Shown here piece after piece: positions 1-8,942 of a stretch of DNA of 64,000 bases; positions within the stretch are counted from its first letter, which is position 1, and each line of letters starts with the position of its first letter. A model generated the notes under the pieces. The model saw nothing but the letters and a program-made list of their open reading frames with translations. It was not told the origin of the DNA and ran no database searches. The position numbers and the translations under genes are program-made. The stretch spans positions 17,900-81,899 of the forward strand of contig JAKBXW010000002.1 of assembly GCA_021840555.1 (NCBI GenBank), read 5' to 3'. Source of the stretch: Nitrospirota bacterium (GTDB lineage: Bacteria > Nitrospirota > Leptospirillia > Leptospirillales > Leptospirillaceae).

Positions 1-1
1 C

Positions 2-568
2 GTGAACCATCTCCAGGAGGTCTCGCTGATGGAGACGATCCCTTTCCTGGTAGCCCTCGCCCGCCACATCCGGGAAAGCCTCTCGAACCAGTTCCGGGAA
101 GAAGGCCCGCCCCGATCCCCCGAGGAGACCCTCAAAGAAGGATCGGGCTCCTGCCGGGATTTTGCCCTGCTGGCGATGGAAGCGTGTCGCGCCATGAATA
201 TCGCCGCCCGGTTCACGAGCGGCTACCATCTGCCTTCCTCCCCCATCCCTCATTCCCTGCACGCCTGGGCCGAAGCCTACCTTCCGGAGATCGGATGGAG
301 GGGGATCGATCCGAGCGAGGGACTCCTGACCGCCGACCGCCATGTGGCCCTCGTCTCCTCCGCCGACCCATTCCTGACGCTTCCCACTGAAGGCACCTTC
401 CGGGGGCCGGGATCTTCGACCCTCAACGCCTTTGTCCGGATCGAGCCCCTTCCTGACCCGGAAGGGATTCCTGCTCCCCAGTCGAACCTAAATGACGGGC
501 CTACCCGGGAATATCCCGGAACCCCTCTGTCCGGAGCCTCCGGACAATCTTCCGGGCCACCCCTGTAA
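2..568 (+). CDS. transglutaminase-like domain protein, C-terminal part (5' end outside window)
   Basis: ORF is open to the window edge. Core 'GSGSCRDFALLAMEACRAMNIAARFTSGY' then 'HAWAEAY..GWRGIDPS' fits the Cys-His-Asp transglutaminase-like fold. Confidence 0.7.
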   Translation: MNHLQEVSLMETIPFLVALARHIRESLSNQFREEGPPRSPEETLKEGSGSCRDFALLAMEACRAMNIAARFTSGYHLPSSPIPHSLHAWAEAYLPEIGWRGIDPSEGLLTADRHVALVSSADPFLTLPTEGTFRGPGSSTLNAFVRIEPLPDPEGIPAPQSNLNDGPTREYPGTPLSGASGQSSGPPL

Positions 569-1637
569 GGGCCAGATCTTCCGCCGCGGAAAGGCTAGCC
601 CAGACCTCCGTGACGCTTCGTTCGCAGGCTCTTGCTGCCTCCCCCTTCCCTTCCGGGGGAACAACCTCCAGGACCTGGACCTGTTCCCGGAAATGGGAAT
701 AGACATGGCGCACAAAAAAGATCTCCCGAACCACCCGCCATCCAAAAAGGCCCCCCTCGTTTACGGTCTCTCCCGGAGAGAGACCCTCCGAAGGGAATCC
801 CGCCACTTCGAGGAGCCCTTCGAGAAGCCGGCCCTCACCTCTGGGCTCGAACAGAAGAGCTCCCGATGCAGGAACCAGCGCCACGCGCCGGCGCAAGGGA
901 TACGCCACTTTTTTCGGCAAGGTTCCGGCGGTCGTCTCCGGCGGCGCAGGCTTCGACTCCTTCCCGCACCCTTTCGTCGCACAACAAGAGAAGACAGGAC
1001 ATTGGCCACAGGACGGATCGGCCGGCAGGCAGAGGACGGCCCCGAGCTCCATCAGGGCCTGGTTGGTGTCTCCCGGCCGCGGGTTGTCGGCTCCCCACGC
1101 ATCCGAAGCTTCCCAAAGGCGCCGCATCTCCCCCTTCGACCCGGAAGGGATCCCGAAGAAGCGCCCGGTGACGCGACGGACATTCGCGTCGAGGATTGGT
1201 GCCCAGCGATCGGTCGAAATCGAATGAATCGCTCCGGCCGTCGAGCGGCCGATCCCGGGAAGGCTCTGCCACTCTTCAACGGACTGTGGCCAGAGAGGGG
1301 AATCAGACCCCCGAGCCACGATTTTTGCCGCCCGGTGGAGATTGCGGACCCGCTGGTAGTATCCCAGACCCTCCCAGAATTTGAGGACCATGGCCAGATC
1401 AGCACGGGCCAGATCCCCCACGGTCGGGAACCGATCGAGAAAGCGGTCGTAATACCGGAGAACAGTCTTGACAGTCGTCTGCTGGAGCATGATCTCCGAC
1501 ACCCATATTCCGTAAGGATCCCGCCGCCTTCGCCAGGGAAGGTCCCTCCGCGTCCGGTCGTACCACCGGAGAAGGAGGGGCCGGGCCTCCCTTGTCCGCT
1601 CCTGATCCTCGCGGGACTCCCCGTCAGAAGGAGACAT
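501..1637 (-). CDS. mutY: A/G-specific adenine DNA glycosylase MutY
   Basis: 'LLRWYDRTRRDLPWRR..DPYGIWVSEIMLQQTTVKTV', 'GLGYYQRVRNLH', and the Fe-S loop 'CLPADPSCGQCPVFSCC' (C-x6-C-x2-C-x5-C). Start set at internal Met 'MSPSDGES' because the upstream part of the ORF overlaps the preceding gene. Confidence 0.85.
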   Translation of the reverse strand: MSPSDGESREDQERTREARPLLLRWYDRTRRDLPWRRRRDPYGIWVSEIMLQQTTVKTVLRYYDRFLDRFPTVGDLARADLAMVLKFWEGLGYYQRVRNLHRAAKIVARGSDSPLWPQSVEEWQSLPGIGRSTAGAIHSISTDRWAPILDANVRRVTGRFFGIPSGSKGEMRRLWEASDAWGADNPRPGDTNQALMELGAVLCLPADPSCGQCPVFSCCATKGCGKESKPAPPETTAGTLPKKVAYPLRRRVALVPASGALLFEPRGEGRLLEGLLEVAGFPSEGLSPGETVNEGGLFGWRVVREIFFVRHVYSHFREQVQVLEVVPPEGKGEAARACERSVTEVWASLSAAEDLALTGVARKIVRRLRTEGFRDIPG

Positions 1638-2433
1638 ACCAGGAAAATCCCTGATACCCCCCCCAGCCGTCCGAAACGGAGGACCGGAGAAGCCCTCCGT
1701 CGAAGGTGAGGTAGGAGTGGAGACGGGGGAGAGAGACTCCCAGGACGGCCCCTCCCTGCCCGGCATTGTAGGTGTTGTTCCCCTGCCCGATCAGTTCGGG
1801 ACCGAGGAAAAACGCGACCTCTTTTTGGGGGGATTCCCACACGGGCGAAAGATAGCGGGCCTGGCCGTATATGTACTGGATATAACCGATATAGTTCGCG
1901 AAGAAGTCGAAGGCCCCCGGGCCCAGCCCCTGGTAGTATTCGGTCTGAAGGTAGATCCCGGCCAGGGATTCGATGGGGGTGTCGGTCTGAAAGGCTTCGG
2001 CCAGGGCGATCCCGACGTCCCCCTCCCAGAATCCGTTCCGGAAAGGGACCCGGAGTCCAGCCGCAGGGTTGAGTCCGTTGTAGGCGTTTTGCGTCGTCAT
2101 GGGCGGACCGGGGGTTTCGTAGGAAAAATAGAAGACGGCCACAAAGAGATGGAGGGAAAGAGCTCCCGTCGCGGCAGTGCCGACATCCGGAGAGGGCGTT
2201 CCCCCGTTTTGGGTGGCCGAAGCCCCCCCCAGCGGGTAGAAATCCCCCACCTCGCCAAAGTAATACTGGCTGTTCTGGGAAAAGACCGTCTCCCCGCCGG
2301 TGATCTCGAAGGTCTGCGCGAGGGCAGGTGCCGGAAGGCAAACGATCAGGAGCAGGGAGAGAGCGAGGGACGACCCCAGGCTTTCAGGCCTTTTCCGTCC
2401 GGTCCTTTTTCCACGAACCTCCCTGTCCGTCAT
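1624..2433 (-). CDS. putative outer-membrane beta-barrel protein (signal peptide, C-terminal Phe)
   Basis: N-terminal signal 'LALSLLLIVCLPAPALA-QT', Gly/Tyr-rich alternating pattern, terminal '...FSWYVSF'. Family not recognised. Confidence 0.5.
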   Translation of the reverse strand: MTDREVRGKRTGRKRPESLGSSLALSLLLIVCLPAPALAQTFEITGGETVFSQNSQYYFGEVGDFYPLGGASATQNGGTPSPDVGTAATGALSLHLFVAVFYFSYETPGPPMTTQNAYNGLNPAAGLRVPFRNGFWEGDVGIALAEAFQTDTPIESLAGIYLQTEYYQGLGPGAFDFFANYIGYIQYIYGQARYLSPVWESPQKEVAFFLGPELIGQGNNTYNAGQGGAVLGVSLPRLHSYLTFDGGLLRSSVSDGWGGYQGFSWYVSF

Positions 2434-2440
2434 AAAGATT

Positions 2441-2917
2441 TCATTGTCCTCCCCCCCTTCCCGGGCCGGAGGGAGAAATTCTCCCTTTCGCGATCCGGAG
2501 CACGGCGGAGCGGGGGGATCCCTTGGCCAGCGCCAGAAGCTTCATGAGTTCCGGTCGGCGGGAAAGCCGCGGATGGGGGAGGACGAGATCACGGCGCGGG
2601 GAGGAAACGCCCTCGAAGAGGAGAAAATCGAGGTCGAGCGTCCGGGGATACTGCTTTCCCTTTCCGCGCCGGATCTCCCGCCGCTCTGTCCGCACCAGAA
2701 GCTCCCAGAGGCCGGGAGCCCCGATGCGGGAATATCCGGTCACGACCTGGTTCAGAAATGCCGGAGAGACAATCTCCCAGGGTTCGGTACGAAGAACCGG
2801 GGAGCATCCGGTGAAGCCCAGATTTTTGTTCGACACGAGAACACGGAGGGCCCGGTCAAAGGCCCGACGCGTATTCCGGAGGTTTCCTCCGAGAGAAATC
2901 GCGAAGAATCCTCCCAT
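2441..2917 (-). CDS. folK: 2-amino-4-hydroxy-6-hydroxymethyldihydropteridine pyrophosphokinase (HPPK)
   Basis: 'FFAISLGGNL..', 'TEPWEIVSPAFLNQVV', 'PRTLDLDFLLFEG....LVLPHPRL' are typical HPPK motifs. Confidence 0.8.
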   Translation of the reverse strand: MGGFFAISLGGNLRNTRRAFDRALRVLVSNKNLGFTGCSPVLRTEPWEIVSPAFLNQVVTGYSRIGAPGLWELLVRTERREIRRGKGKQYPRTLDLDFLLFEGVSSPRRDLVLPHPRLSRRPELMKLLALAKGSPRSAVLRIAKGRISPSGPGRGGGQ

Positions 2918-2934
2918 GGAAATCCTCCGACCCG

Positions 2935-4116
2935 TCAGACATCGAAAAGCCGATGGGTCCGGATCCGCTCGACCGCCTCGGTCAGACGGTCCGTTCCGAC
3001 GGTCAGGGCAAACCGGACGTACCCCTCGCCGGAAGGGCCGAATCCGTTTCCCGGAGTGGCGACGATCCCGGCCTTGTCGAGAAGCGCGAGGGTCGCCTGC
3101 TCGGAAGTGAACCCCTTGGGAAGGGCCGCCCAGAGATAGAAGGAGGCTCCCGGAGAAAAGGCGCGGAGACCGACGCTGTTAAGGCCCGGAACCAGGACGT
3201 CCCGCCTTTTCTGGTAGAAGGAGCGGAGGGAGTCCAGCATCGGCTCGGGAAGGGAGAGGGCGGTGATGGAAGCTTCCTGAAGGGCCTGGAATATCCCGGA
3301 ATCCATGTTGCTCTTGACCTTCAGAAGACCTGACAGGACCTGGGGATTTCCGACGGCGAAGCCCACGCGCCATCCGGTCATGTTGTAGGTTTTGGAAAGG
3401 CTGTGGAACTCGATGCCGATCTCCTTGGCCCCCGGGTAGGAGAGGAAACTCTTGGGAGGCTTCCCGTCGTAATAGATCTCGGAGTAGGCGGCGTCGTGCG
3501 CCACGATGATCCCGTACCGCGTCGCGATGTCGATCACCTTTTTGAAGAAGGCGTCGGTGGCCGTGGCCCCGGTCGGGTTGTTCGGATAGTTGACGAAGAG
3601 GATCTTCGCCCGTTTGAGGACCGATTCGGGAATCCTGTCGAGATCGGGCATGAAACCGTTCGACTCGAGGATGGGCATGAAATAACTCTCCCCCCCGGCG
3701 AAGAGGGTTCCGGCATGATAGACCGGGTAGCCAGGTTCGGGAATGAGGACGGCGTCGCCGGGCTCGACGAAAGCCAGGGGAAGGTGGCCGATCCCCTCCT
3801 TCGAGCCGATCAGGCCCACGACCTCGGTGGCCGGATCGAGGATGACGGAAAACCGTCTCCGGTACCAGTCCGCCACCGCCGTCCGGAAGGACAGCATGCC
3901 TTCATAGGAGGGATACTGGTGATGCTCGGGCTTCGCCAGGGCCTTCTGGCCGGCGGAAACGATCGGTTCGAGGGTCGGGGTGTCGGGATCTCCGATCCCG
4001 AGGTTGATGAGGTCCACGCCCCGGGCAAGGGCCTCACGCTTTTTTTCATCGATCCGCGCGAACAGGTAGGGAGGAAGGGAGGTGATGCGCTTGGCGAGCC
4101 TGGTTCTGAAATCCAT
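2935..4116 (-). CDS. dapL: LL-diaminopimelate aminotransferase
   Basis: 'SLPPYLFARIDEKK', 'INLGIGDPDTPT', 'YPSYEGMLSFR', 'NYPNNPTGA', 'SLSKTYNMTGWRVGF' (PLP lysine). Start at 'MDFRTRL', preceded by AAGGAGA. Confidence 0.85.
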   Translation of the reverse strand: MDFRTRLAKRITSLPPYLFARIDEKKREALARGVDLINLGIGDPDTPTLEPIVSAGQKALAKPEHHQYPSYEGMLSFRTAVADWYRRRFSVILDPATEVVGLIGSKEGIGHLPLAFVEPGDAVLIPEPGYPVYHAGTLFAGGESYFMPILESNGFMPDLDRIPESVLKRAKILFVNYPNNPTGATATDAFFKKVIDIATRYGIIVAHDAAYSEIYYDGKPPKSFLSYPGAKEIGIEFHSLSKTYNMTGWRVGFAVGNPQVLSGLLKVKSNMDSGIFQALQEASITALSLPEPMLDSLRSFYQKRRDVLVPGLNSVGLRAFSPGASFYLWAALPKGFTSEQATLALLDKAGIVATPGNGFGPSGEGYVRFALTVGTDRLTEAVERIRTHRLFDV

Positions 4117-4133
4117 GATCGAAGGTCTCCTTG

Positions 4134-4151
4134 GGGACCCGAACGGGTCCC
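4134..4151 (-). other. hairpin just upstream of the dapL RBS
   Basis: GGGACCC-gaac-GGGTCCC, a 7-bp perfect stem, 3-4 nt from the AAGGAGA RBS in the 112-nt FAH-dapL spacer. Confidence 0.4.
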
Positions 4152-4228
4152 TGCTGGTTATTGGTATTGGTCCGGATCCCCTCTCTCCGGCCATCCGGAA
4201 TAGGGAGGAAATCTCGGACTGGTTGATG

Positions 4229-5062
4229 TCACGATTGTTGGCTTGTTTGCCCCGGCCAGATGGTAAAAAGCGCCGGATGGGGGTCGGACACGATCCGGCT
4301 CTCGAGGGGAGGTCCGCACCCCTCCACGGAGACCGTCACCGTGTCTCCGATGGACATTGGACCGATGCCGCGGTAGGTTCCTGTCAGAACAATGTCTCCG
4401 GTCTCGAGCGGCATCATGTGGCTGATGTAGCTGATCAGGGACTCCCATCGGAAGATCTGGTCGGTCTCGCATCCGTCCTGTTTCAAAACTCCGTTCAGCC
4501 ATGTCCTGACGGACCGTCCGTCGGGTCGCTCCCCCACCAGAATCGCCGGACCGATCGGGCAGAAACCGGGAAAGGACTTGGCCCGGGTATACTGGACGTC
4601 GCGGTTCTGGAGATCCCGGGCCGTGATATCGTTGGCGGCGCAAATCCCGAAAAGATGACGCCGGGCCTCTGCCGGAGGAACATGGTCGGCGCGTTCCCCG
4701 ATCACGAGGGCGATCTCCCCCTCGAAGTCAACACGGGAGGAAACGGCCGGATAGATCACGCTTTCTCCGGAAGCTCCGAGGGAGGAAGGCGCCTTCAGAA
4801 AAAGCAGGGGCTCCGCCGGAAGAGCCTTTCCCATCTCGAGGGCGTGTCCCCGGTCGTTCAATCCGACCGCCACGATCTTGCCCGGCCGCACGGGAGGGAG
4901 CCAAAAAATCTCCCCCACCCCGTGGCGGCTTCCGTCTTCGGAAAGAATTTCCCCTTCAGGGAGAAGGCGTCCGGATTTCTCCCCGGCGTCCCCCTTTCCC
5001 CGAAGCCGAAAGCGGACGAAGAGATCCCCTCTGGAAAGGTCGTCGGGAAGAGGTCGAATCAC
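4229..5062 (-). CDS. fumarylacetoacetate hydrolase (FAH) family protein
   Basis: 'KIVAVGLN', 'PLLFLKAPSS', 'VDFEGEIALVIG', 'GICAANDITARDLQ', 'AKSFPGFCPIGP', 'TGDIVLTGT..G' form an FAH-fold signature. Confidence 0.8.
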   Translation of the reverse strand: MIRPLPDDLSRGDLFVRFRLRGKGDAGEKSGRLLPEGEILSEDGSRHGVGEIFWLPPVRPGKIVAVGLNDRGHALEMGKALPAEPLLFLKAPSSLGASGESVIYPAVSSRVDFEGEIALVIGERADHVPPAEARRHLFGICAANDITARDLQNRDVQYTRAKSFPGFCPIGPAILVGERPDGRSVRTWLNGVLKQDGCETDQIFRWESLISYISHMMPLETGDIVLTGTYRGIGPMSIGDTVTVSVEGCGPPLESRIVSDPHPALFTIWPGQTSQQS

Positions 5063-5871
5063 CGGGCTTCGGCCTCCCCGGAGAGTAGGACGTCGGCCAT
5101 CGTGTAGAATCCCGTTGGCCTCCCCAAAAGAAAGGCCGCCGCACGAATGGCTCCCCGGGCAAAGACCTCCCGGCTTTCAGCCCGGTGGGTCAGCTCAAGA
5201 CGCTCCCCCGCTCCCAGGAAGAAAACGGTATGGTCTCCCGGAACATCCCCCCCCCGAAGGGCCATCACCCCGATCGATCCTTCCTCCCGCTCTCCCGTCA
5301 GTCCGTGCCGTACGAAGACCCCCGACTGGGAGAGGGTCCCGTTTCGGGCCGAGGCCACCGCCTCGCCGAGAAAGAGGGCGGTCCCGCTGGGAGCATCCTT
5401 CTTGTGCCGATGGTGTATTTCGAGAATTTCGGCGTCGAACTCTTCAAGGGCCCGGGCGGCCTGACCGGCCAGGATGGCCAGAAGGTTGACCCCAAGGCTC
5501 ATGTTGGGGGACCAGAGGATCGGAATGTGGGCACCCATCTCCCGGACGAAGTCCCTGTCGGAGAGCGTGAGGCCGGTCGTACCGATCACGAGGGGCTTTC
5601 TGGCCTCGACAAAGCGTTCCACCGAACGTCTGAGCGAGTCAGGGGAAGAGAAATCGATGCCGACGTCGCAAAGGGCGAGACCCCGACCGAGGTCGGCGTC
5701 ATAGAGGACTTCCGGGGCCGATGGGACGGGTAGACCGATCGTCCGGGAGTCTTCGGACTCGATGGCCGCCCCCAGAGAGAGAAGCGGATCAGAATGAAGA
5801 AGTGCCGCGATCTCCTGGCCCATGCGACCTCCGGCTCCGATGAGGGCGACCTTTCGGCGCTCCCCCGTCAT
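5059..5871 (-). CDS. dapB: 4-hydroxy-tetrahydrodipicolinate reductase
   Basis: 'KVALIGAGGRMG', 'VIGTTGL', 'EIHHRHKKDAPSGTAL'. 4-nt overlaps with both neighbours. Confidence 0.9.
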   Translation of the reverse strand: MTGERRKVALIGAGGRMGQEIAALLHSDPLLSLGAAIESEDSRTIGLPVPSAPEVLYDADLGRGLALCDVGIDFSSPDSLRRSVERFVEARKPLVIGTTGLTLSDRDFVREMGAHIPILWSPNMSLGVNLLAILAGQAARALEEFDAEILEIHHRHKKDAPSGTALFLGEAVASARNGTLSQSGVFVRHGLTGEREEGSIGVMALRGGDVPGDHTVFFLGAGERLELTHRAESREVFARGAIRAAAFLLGRPTGFYTMADVLLSGEAEAR

Positions 5872-6779
5872 CGGGATCCGTCCTTGGCGATCTTCATCGA
5901 TGACAGGACCGCGTTCAGACGTTTCCTGTTGTCGGGATCCATGGGAACAAGCGGCAGACGCATGGCAGAGTCGATGATTCCTGCGATTTCCATGGCGGTC
6001 TTGATCGGTATCGGGTTGGTTTCAAGACCAAGGGCCCGGTGCAGGGGAACGAGAAGATTGTGCCGGCTCCGCGCTTCCGGAAGGTTGCCGGAAAGGGCCA
6101 GGTCGCACATTTCGGCCATCAGCCGGGGAACGAGGTTGGCGGAAACGGAGATCGTCCCGTGGCCCCCGAGAGCCAGGATCGGGTAAGTCAGGATGTCGTC
6201 ACCGGAATAGACGGCCATGCGGTTTTCAAGACGGTCGAAGAGATCGACGACCTGCCCCATGTTTCCGGAGGCTTCCTTGACCCCCACATATTCGGGGATC
6301 GCGGCGAGACGCGCGATCGTTTCGGGAAGCATGTTGACTCCCGTGCGGGCCGGAACATTGTAGATCACCATGGGGAAGGAGATCCTGGAGGCCAAAACCT
6401 CGTAATGGCGGACGAGCCCCTCCTGCGTGGGACGATTGTAGTACGGCGTGATGACCAGGGCCCCGTCCGCACCGATATCCCTGGCTGCCCGTGTCAGGGC
6501 GATCGCCTCCGACGTGCTGTTCGATCCCGTGCCGGCCATGACTAGAACCCGTCCCGCCGCCTGCTCGACCACGATCCGGATGACCTTTTCGTGCTCCGCA
6601 TGCGTGAGCGTCGCCGATTCCCCGGTCGTTCCGACCGGGACGATAACCCGGGTCCCCTCCCGGACATGAAAATCCACCAGGCGGCGAAGGGTCTTTTCGT
6701 CGAGGTCCCCCCCCCGTCCTTCCTGGTCCTTGAAAAAGGGTGTGACCAGCGCCACCATCGAACCGGAAAACAACCTCAT
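5868..6779 (-). CDS. dapA: 4-hydroxy-tetrahydrodipicolinate synthase
   Basis: 'GSMVALVTPF', 'VPVGTTGESATLTHAEH', 'GTGSNST', 'ITPYYNRPTQEG', 'GVKEASGN'. Start at 'MRLFSGSMVAL' by analogy with E. coli DapA 'MFTGSIVAIVTP'. Confidence 0.9.
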   Translation of the reverse strand: MRLFSGSMVALVTPFFKDQEGRGGDLDEKTLRRLVDFHVREGTRVIVPVGTTGESATLTHAEHEKVIRIVVEQAAGRVLVMAGTGSNSTSEAIALTRAARDIGADGALVITPYYNRPTQEGLVRHYEVLASRISFPMVIYNVPARTGVNMLPETIARLAAIPEYVGVKEASGNMGQVVDLFDRLENRMAVYSGDDILTYPILALGGHGTISVSANLVPRLMAEMCDLALSGNLPEARSRHNLLVPLHRALGLETNPIPIKTAMEIAGIIDSAMRLPLVPMDPDNRKRLNAVLSSMKIAKDGSR

Positions 6780-6792
6780 CCCTCCCACGCTT

Positions 6793-7275
6793 TCAGTCTT
6801 TGGACCGGCCGGACAATTTTCCGGACTCTCCCCTGACGGGTCCGATATGGTATTGTTGCATGACCTCCCTGGCATGTCCAACCACGAGGCGCAACACCTC
6901 CGGACGAACCGGGCCAGGATAGGAGAGCATCCCCTTGAGCTCGGAGGAGAGGTTTACCACATCCCGGCCTGGAATCTTCCCGGCGTTTCCCGCGTCATAG
7001 AAGCGATCGAGAATCCGGAGGTCCTGCCGGAACTCCTGAACATCAACCTCTGGAGGCCGCCGCTCGGCCAGGCCCCTGTCGATCGCAAAATAACGCATGT
7101 AGACGTAAGTCAGATAATTTCCCCCGAGAAAGGTCAGCAGAAAAAAGACCACCGGAATCGCCGAAAGAAGAATCAGGACCAGAAAACATCCTTTTCCCTC
7201 CTTGCGGTGGGGGGAGAGAGGAACCTCCTCGTCATCGGGATCCTCTGGAGAGGGAACCGTGCCGGTCGAACTCAA
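6793..7275 (-). CDS. hypothetical single-pass membrane protein
   Basis: Acidic N-terminus, one TM 'CFLVLILLSAIPVVFFLLTFLGG', 4-nt overlap with the lysA stop. No recognisable family. Confidence 0.5.
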   Translation of the reverse strand: MSSTGTVPSPEDPDDEEVPLSPHRKEGKGCFLVLILLSAIPVVFFLLTFLGGNYLTYVYMRYFAIDRGLAERRPPEVDVQEFRQDLRILDRFYDAGNAGKIPGRDVVNLSSELKGMLSYPGPVRPEVLRLVVGHAREVMQQYHIGPVRGESGKLSGRSKD

Positions 7276-8513
7276 ATCCGTTCACCCCGCACGAGGTCCT
7301 CGAAACTTTCACGCTCCCGGATGACACGATAGGTGTTTCCTTCGACAAGCACCTCGGCCGGACGCGGCCGTGCATTGTAGTTCGAGGCCATCGAAAACCC
7401 GTAGGCGCCGGCGCTCATGACCGCGATCAGATCCCCGGCGGCAAAATCCGGCATCTCCCGGTCGGTGGCCAGAAAGTCTCCCGTTTCGCAAATCGGCCCC
7501 ACCAGATCCCCTTTCACCTCCGGCCGCGGATCTTTGACCACCGGAAGGAGGTCATGGTGGGCGCCGTAGAGGGAGGGACGCAGCAAGTCGTTCATTCCGG
7601 CATCTCCGATGAAAAACGTCTTGACGGCGGTCTGCTTTCGGTAGAGGACCCGGGTCACGAGAATGCCGGCGTTTCCGACGATCGATCGTCCGGGCTCGAG
7701 AACCAGGGTCACACCCAGATCGCGCACCCGGGGAAGGACCAGGTCAGCCAGGTCTTTTGGACTCGGGGGCGCCTCGTTCCGGTAACGGATTCCCAGACCA
7801 CCCCCCAGATCGAGATGCGTGATCGGGATCCCCGCCTTCCTGAGTTCTTCGTGGAAGGCCAGCAGGCGTTCGAAGGCGTCCCGGAAGGGGGCGATCTCCG
7901 TCAACTGGGAGCCGATGTGCTGGTGTATGCCGACAATTTTGATTCCTGGGAGAGTCGATGCCCGAAGATACTCGGCGACCGCCACATCGACGGGAATGCC
8001 GAACTTGGATTTTTTCATTCCTGTCGAGATGTAGGGATGGGTCTTGGGATCCACGTCGGGATTGACGCGAAGGGCGACAGGAGCCCTGGTCCCCATCCGG
8101 ACCGCAACTGAACTGATATGGTCGAGCTCGGCCTGACTCTCCACGTTGAACATCAGGATCCCTTCCTTCAGGGCATAGGAGATCTCCTCCTCGGTCTTCC
8201 CCACACCGGCGAAAACGATCCTGTTACCGGGGATTCCCGCCTTTCGGGCGCGGAAGAGCTCCCCTCCCGACACCACGTCGATACCGGCTCCCTGCTGCCC
8301 CAGAAGGGAAAGGATCGCCAGATTTCCGTTGGCCTTCATCGCGTAGGCGACAAGGGTCGGATGGGCGGAAAAGGCCTCCCGATAGGCCGAAATTCTCTCG
8401 ACGAGAGCCTCCCGGCTGTAGATATAAAGGGGCGAGCCTTCCTTGGCGACGATTTCCTCCACAGGAATCTCTTCCACCATCAGTCTGTCGTTTTTGTAGT
8501 GAAATGTGCTCAA
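7272..8513 (-). CDS. lysA: diaminopimelate decarboxylase
   Basis: 'SPLYIYS', 'AYAMKANGNLAIL', 'LDLGGGLGI', 'EPGRSIVGNAG', 'VGPICETGD'. TTG start preceded by GGGAGA. Confidence 0.9.
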   Translation of the reverse strand: MSTFHYKNDRLMVEEIPVEEIVAKEGSPLYIYSREALVERISAYREAFSAHPTLVAYAMKANGNLAILSLLGQQGAGIDVVSGGELFRARKAGIPGNRIVFAGVGKTEEEISYALKEGILMFNVESQAELDHISSVAVRMGTRAPVALRVNPDVDPKTHPYISTGMKKSKFGIPVDVAVAEYLRASTLPGIKIVGIHQHIGSQLTEIAPFRDAFERLLAFHEELRKAGIPITHLDLGGGLGIRYRNEAPPSPKDLADLVLPRVRDLGVTLVLEPGRSIVGNAGILVTRVLYRKQTAVKTFFIGDAGMNDLLRPSLYGAHHDLLPVVKDPRPEVKGDLVGPICETGDFLATDREMPDFAAGDLIAVMSAGAYGFSMASNYNARPRPAEVLVEGNTYRVIRERESFEDLVRGERI

Positions 8514-8657
8514 GTCGTATTCTCCCGAAGATTGTATGGATTCAAACCTCCGTCACACGGGATTCCGGAAAGGGAATAATCCATTACCCGTGGCTGACGG
8601 AAGGGTCATTTTAACACACTCTCGCCGCTAGTTCCCTGTTGACCGATCCTCCCGACC

Positions 8658-8942
8658 TCAAGGACCCTCGTCTCCCTCCGGGAATCCTCCCTCCGGGACC
8701 TCTCCGCTGTCGTCGGGACTGGAAGAGCCTTTCCGGGGGCCGGACCCGGCCGAAGAACCGCTCTGGGCAGGCTGGTTTGTCCCGCCTGGTGGGGAGACCT
8801 GGGCCGGCTGTTCGGGCGCTGTCTCGGGCGGAATCCGACTGGGAGGGATCGGCTGCCCCTGAATTCCGCAGGCGGCAAGGAACAGGAGCGCGACCCCGGC
8901 AAAAAAACAAATCCAACCGCCGACAGGCCTCTTCCGTCTCAT
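8658..8942 (-). CDS. small Pro-rich lipoprotein, LptM (YifL)-like
   Basis: Lipobox 'FLAAC' directly followed by 'GIQGQPIPP' (compare E. coli LptM 'LTGCGLKGPLYFPP'), then a low-complexity Pro/Ser/Gly tail. 4-nt overlap with the argH stop. Confidence 0.6.
   Translation of the reverse strand: MRRKRPVGGWICFFAGVALLFLAACGIQGQPIPPSRIPPETAPEQPAQVSPPGGTNQPAQSGSSAGSGPRKGSSSPDDSGEVPEGGFPEGDEGP

Noticed and set aside
8514-8657. Possible lysine riboswitch in the lysA upstream spacer
   Set aside because: The spacer is only 144 nt and I could not recognise L-box conserved segments. Only a short GGATT...AATCC inverted repeat is present. An Rfam scan would be needed to call anything.
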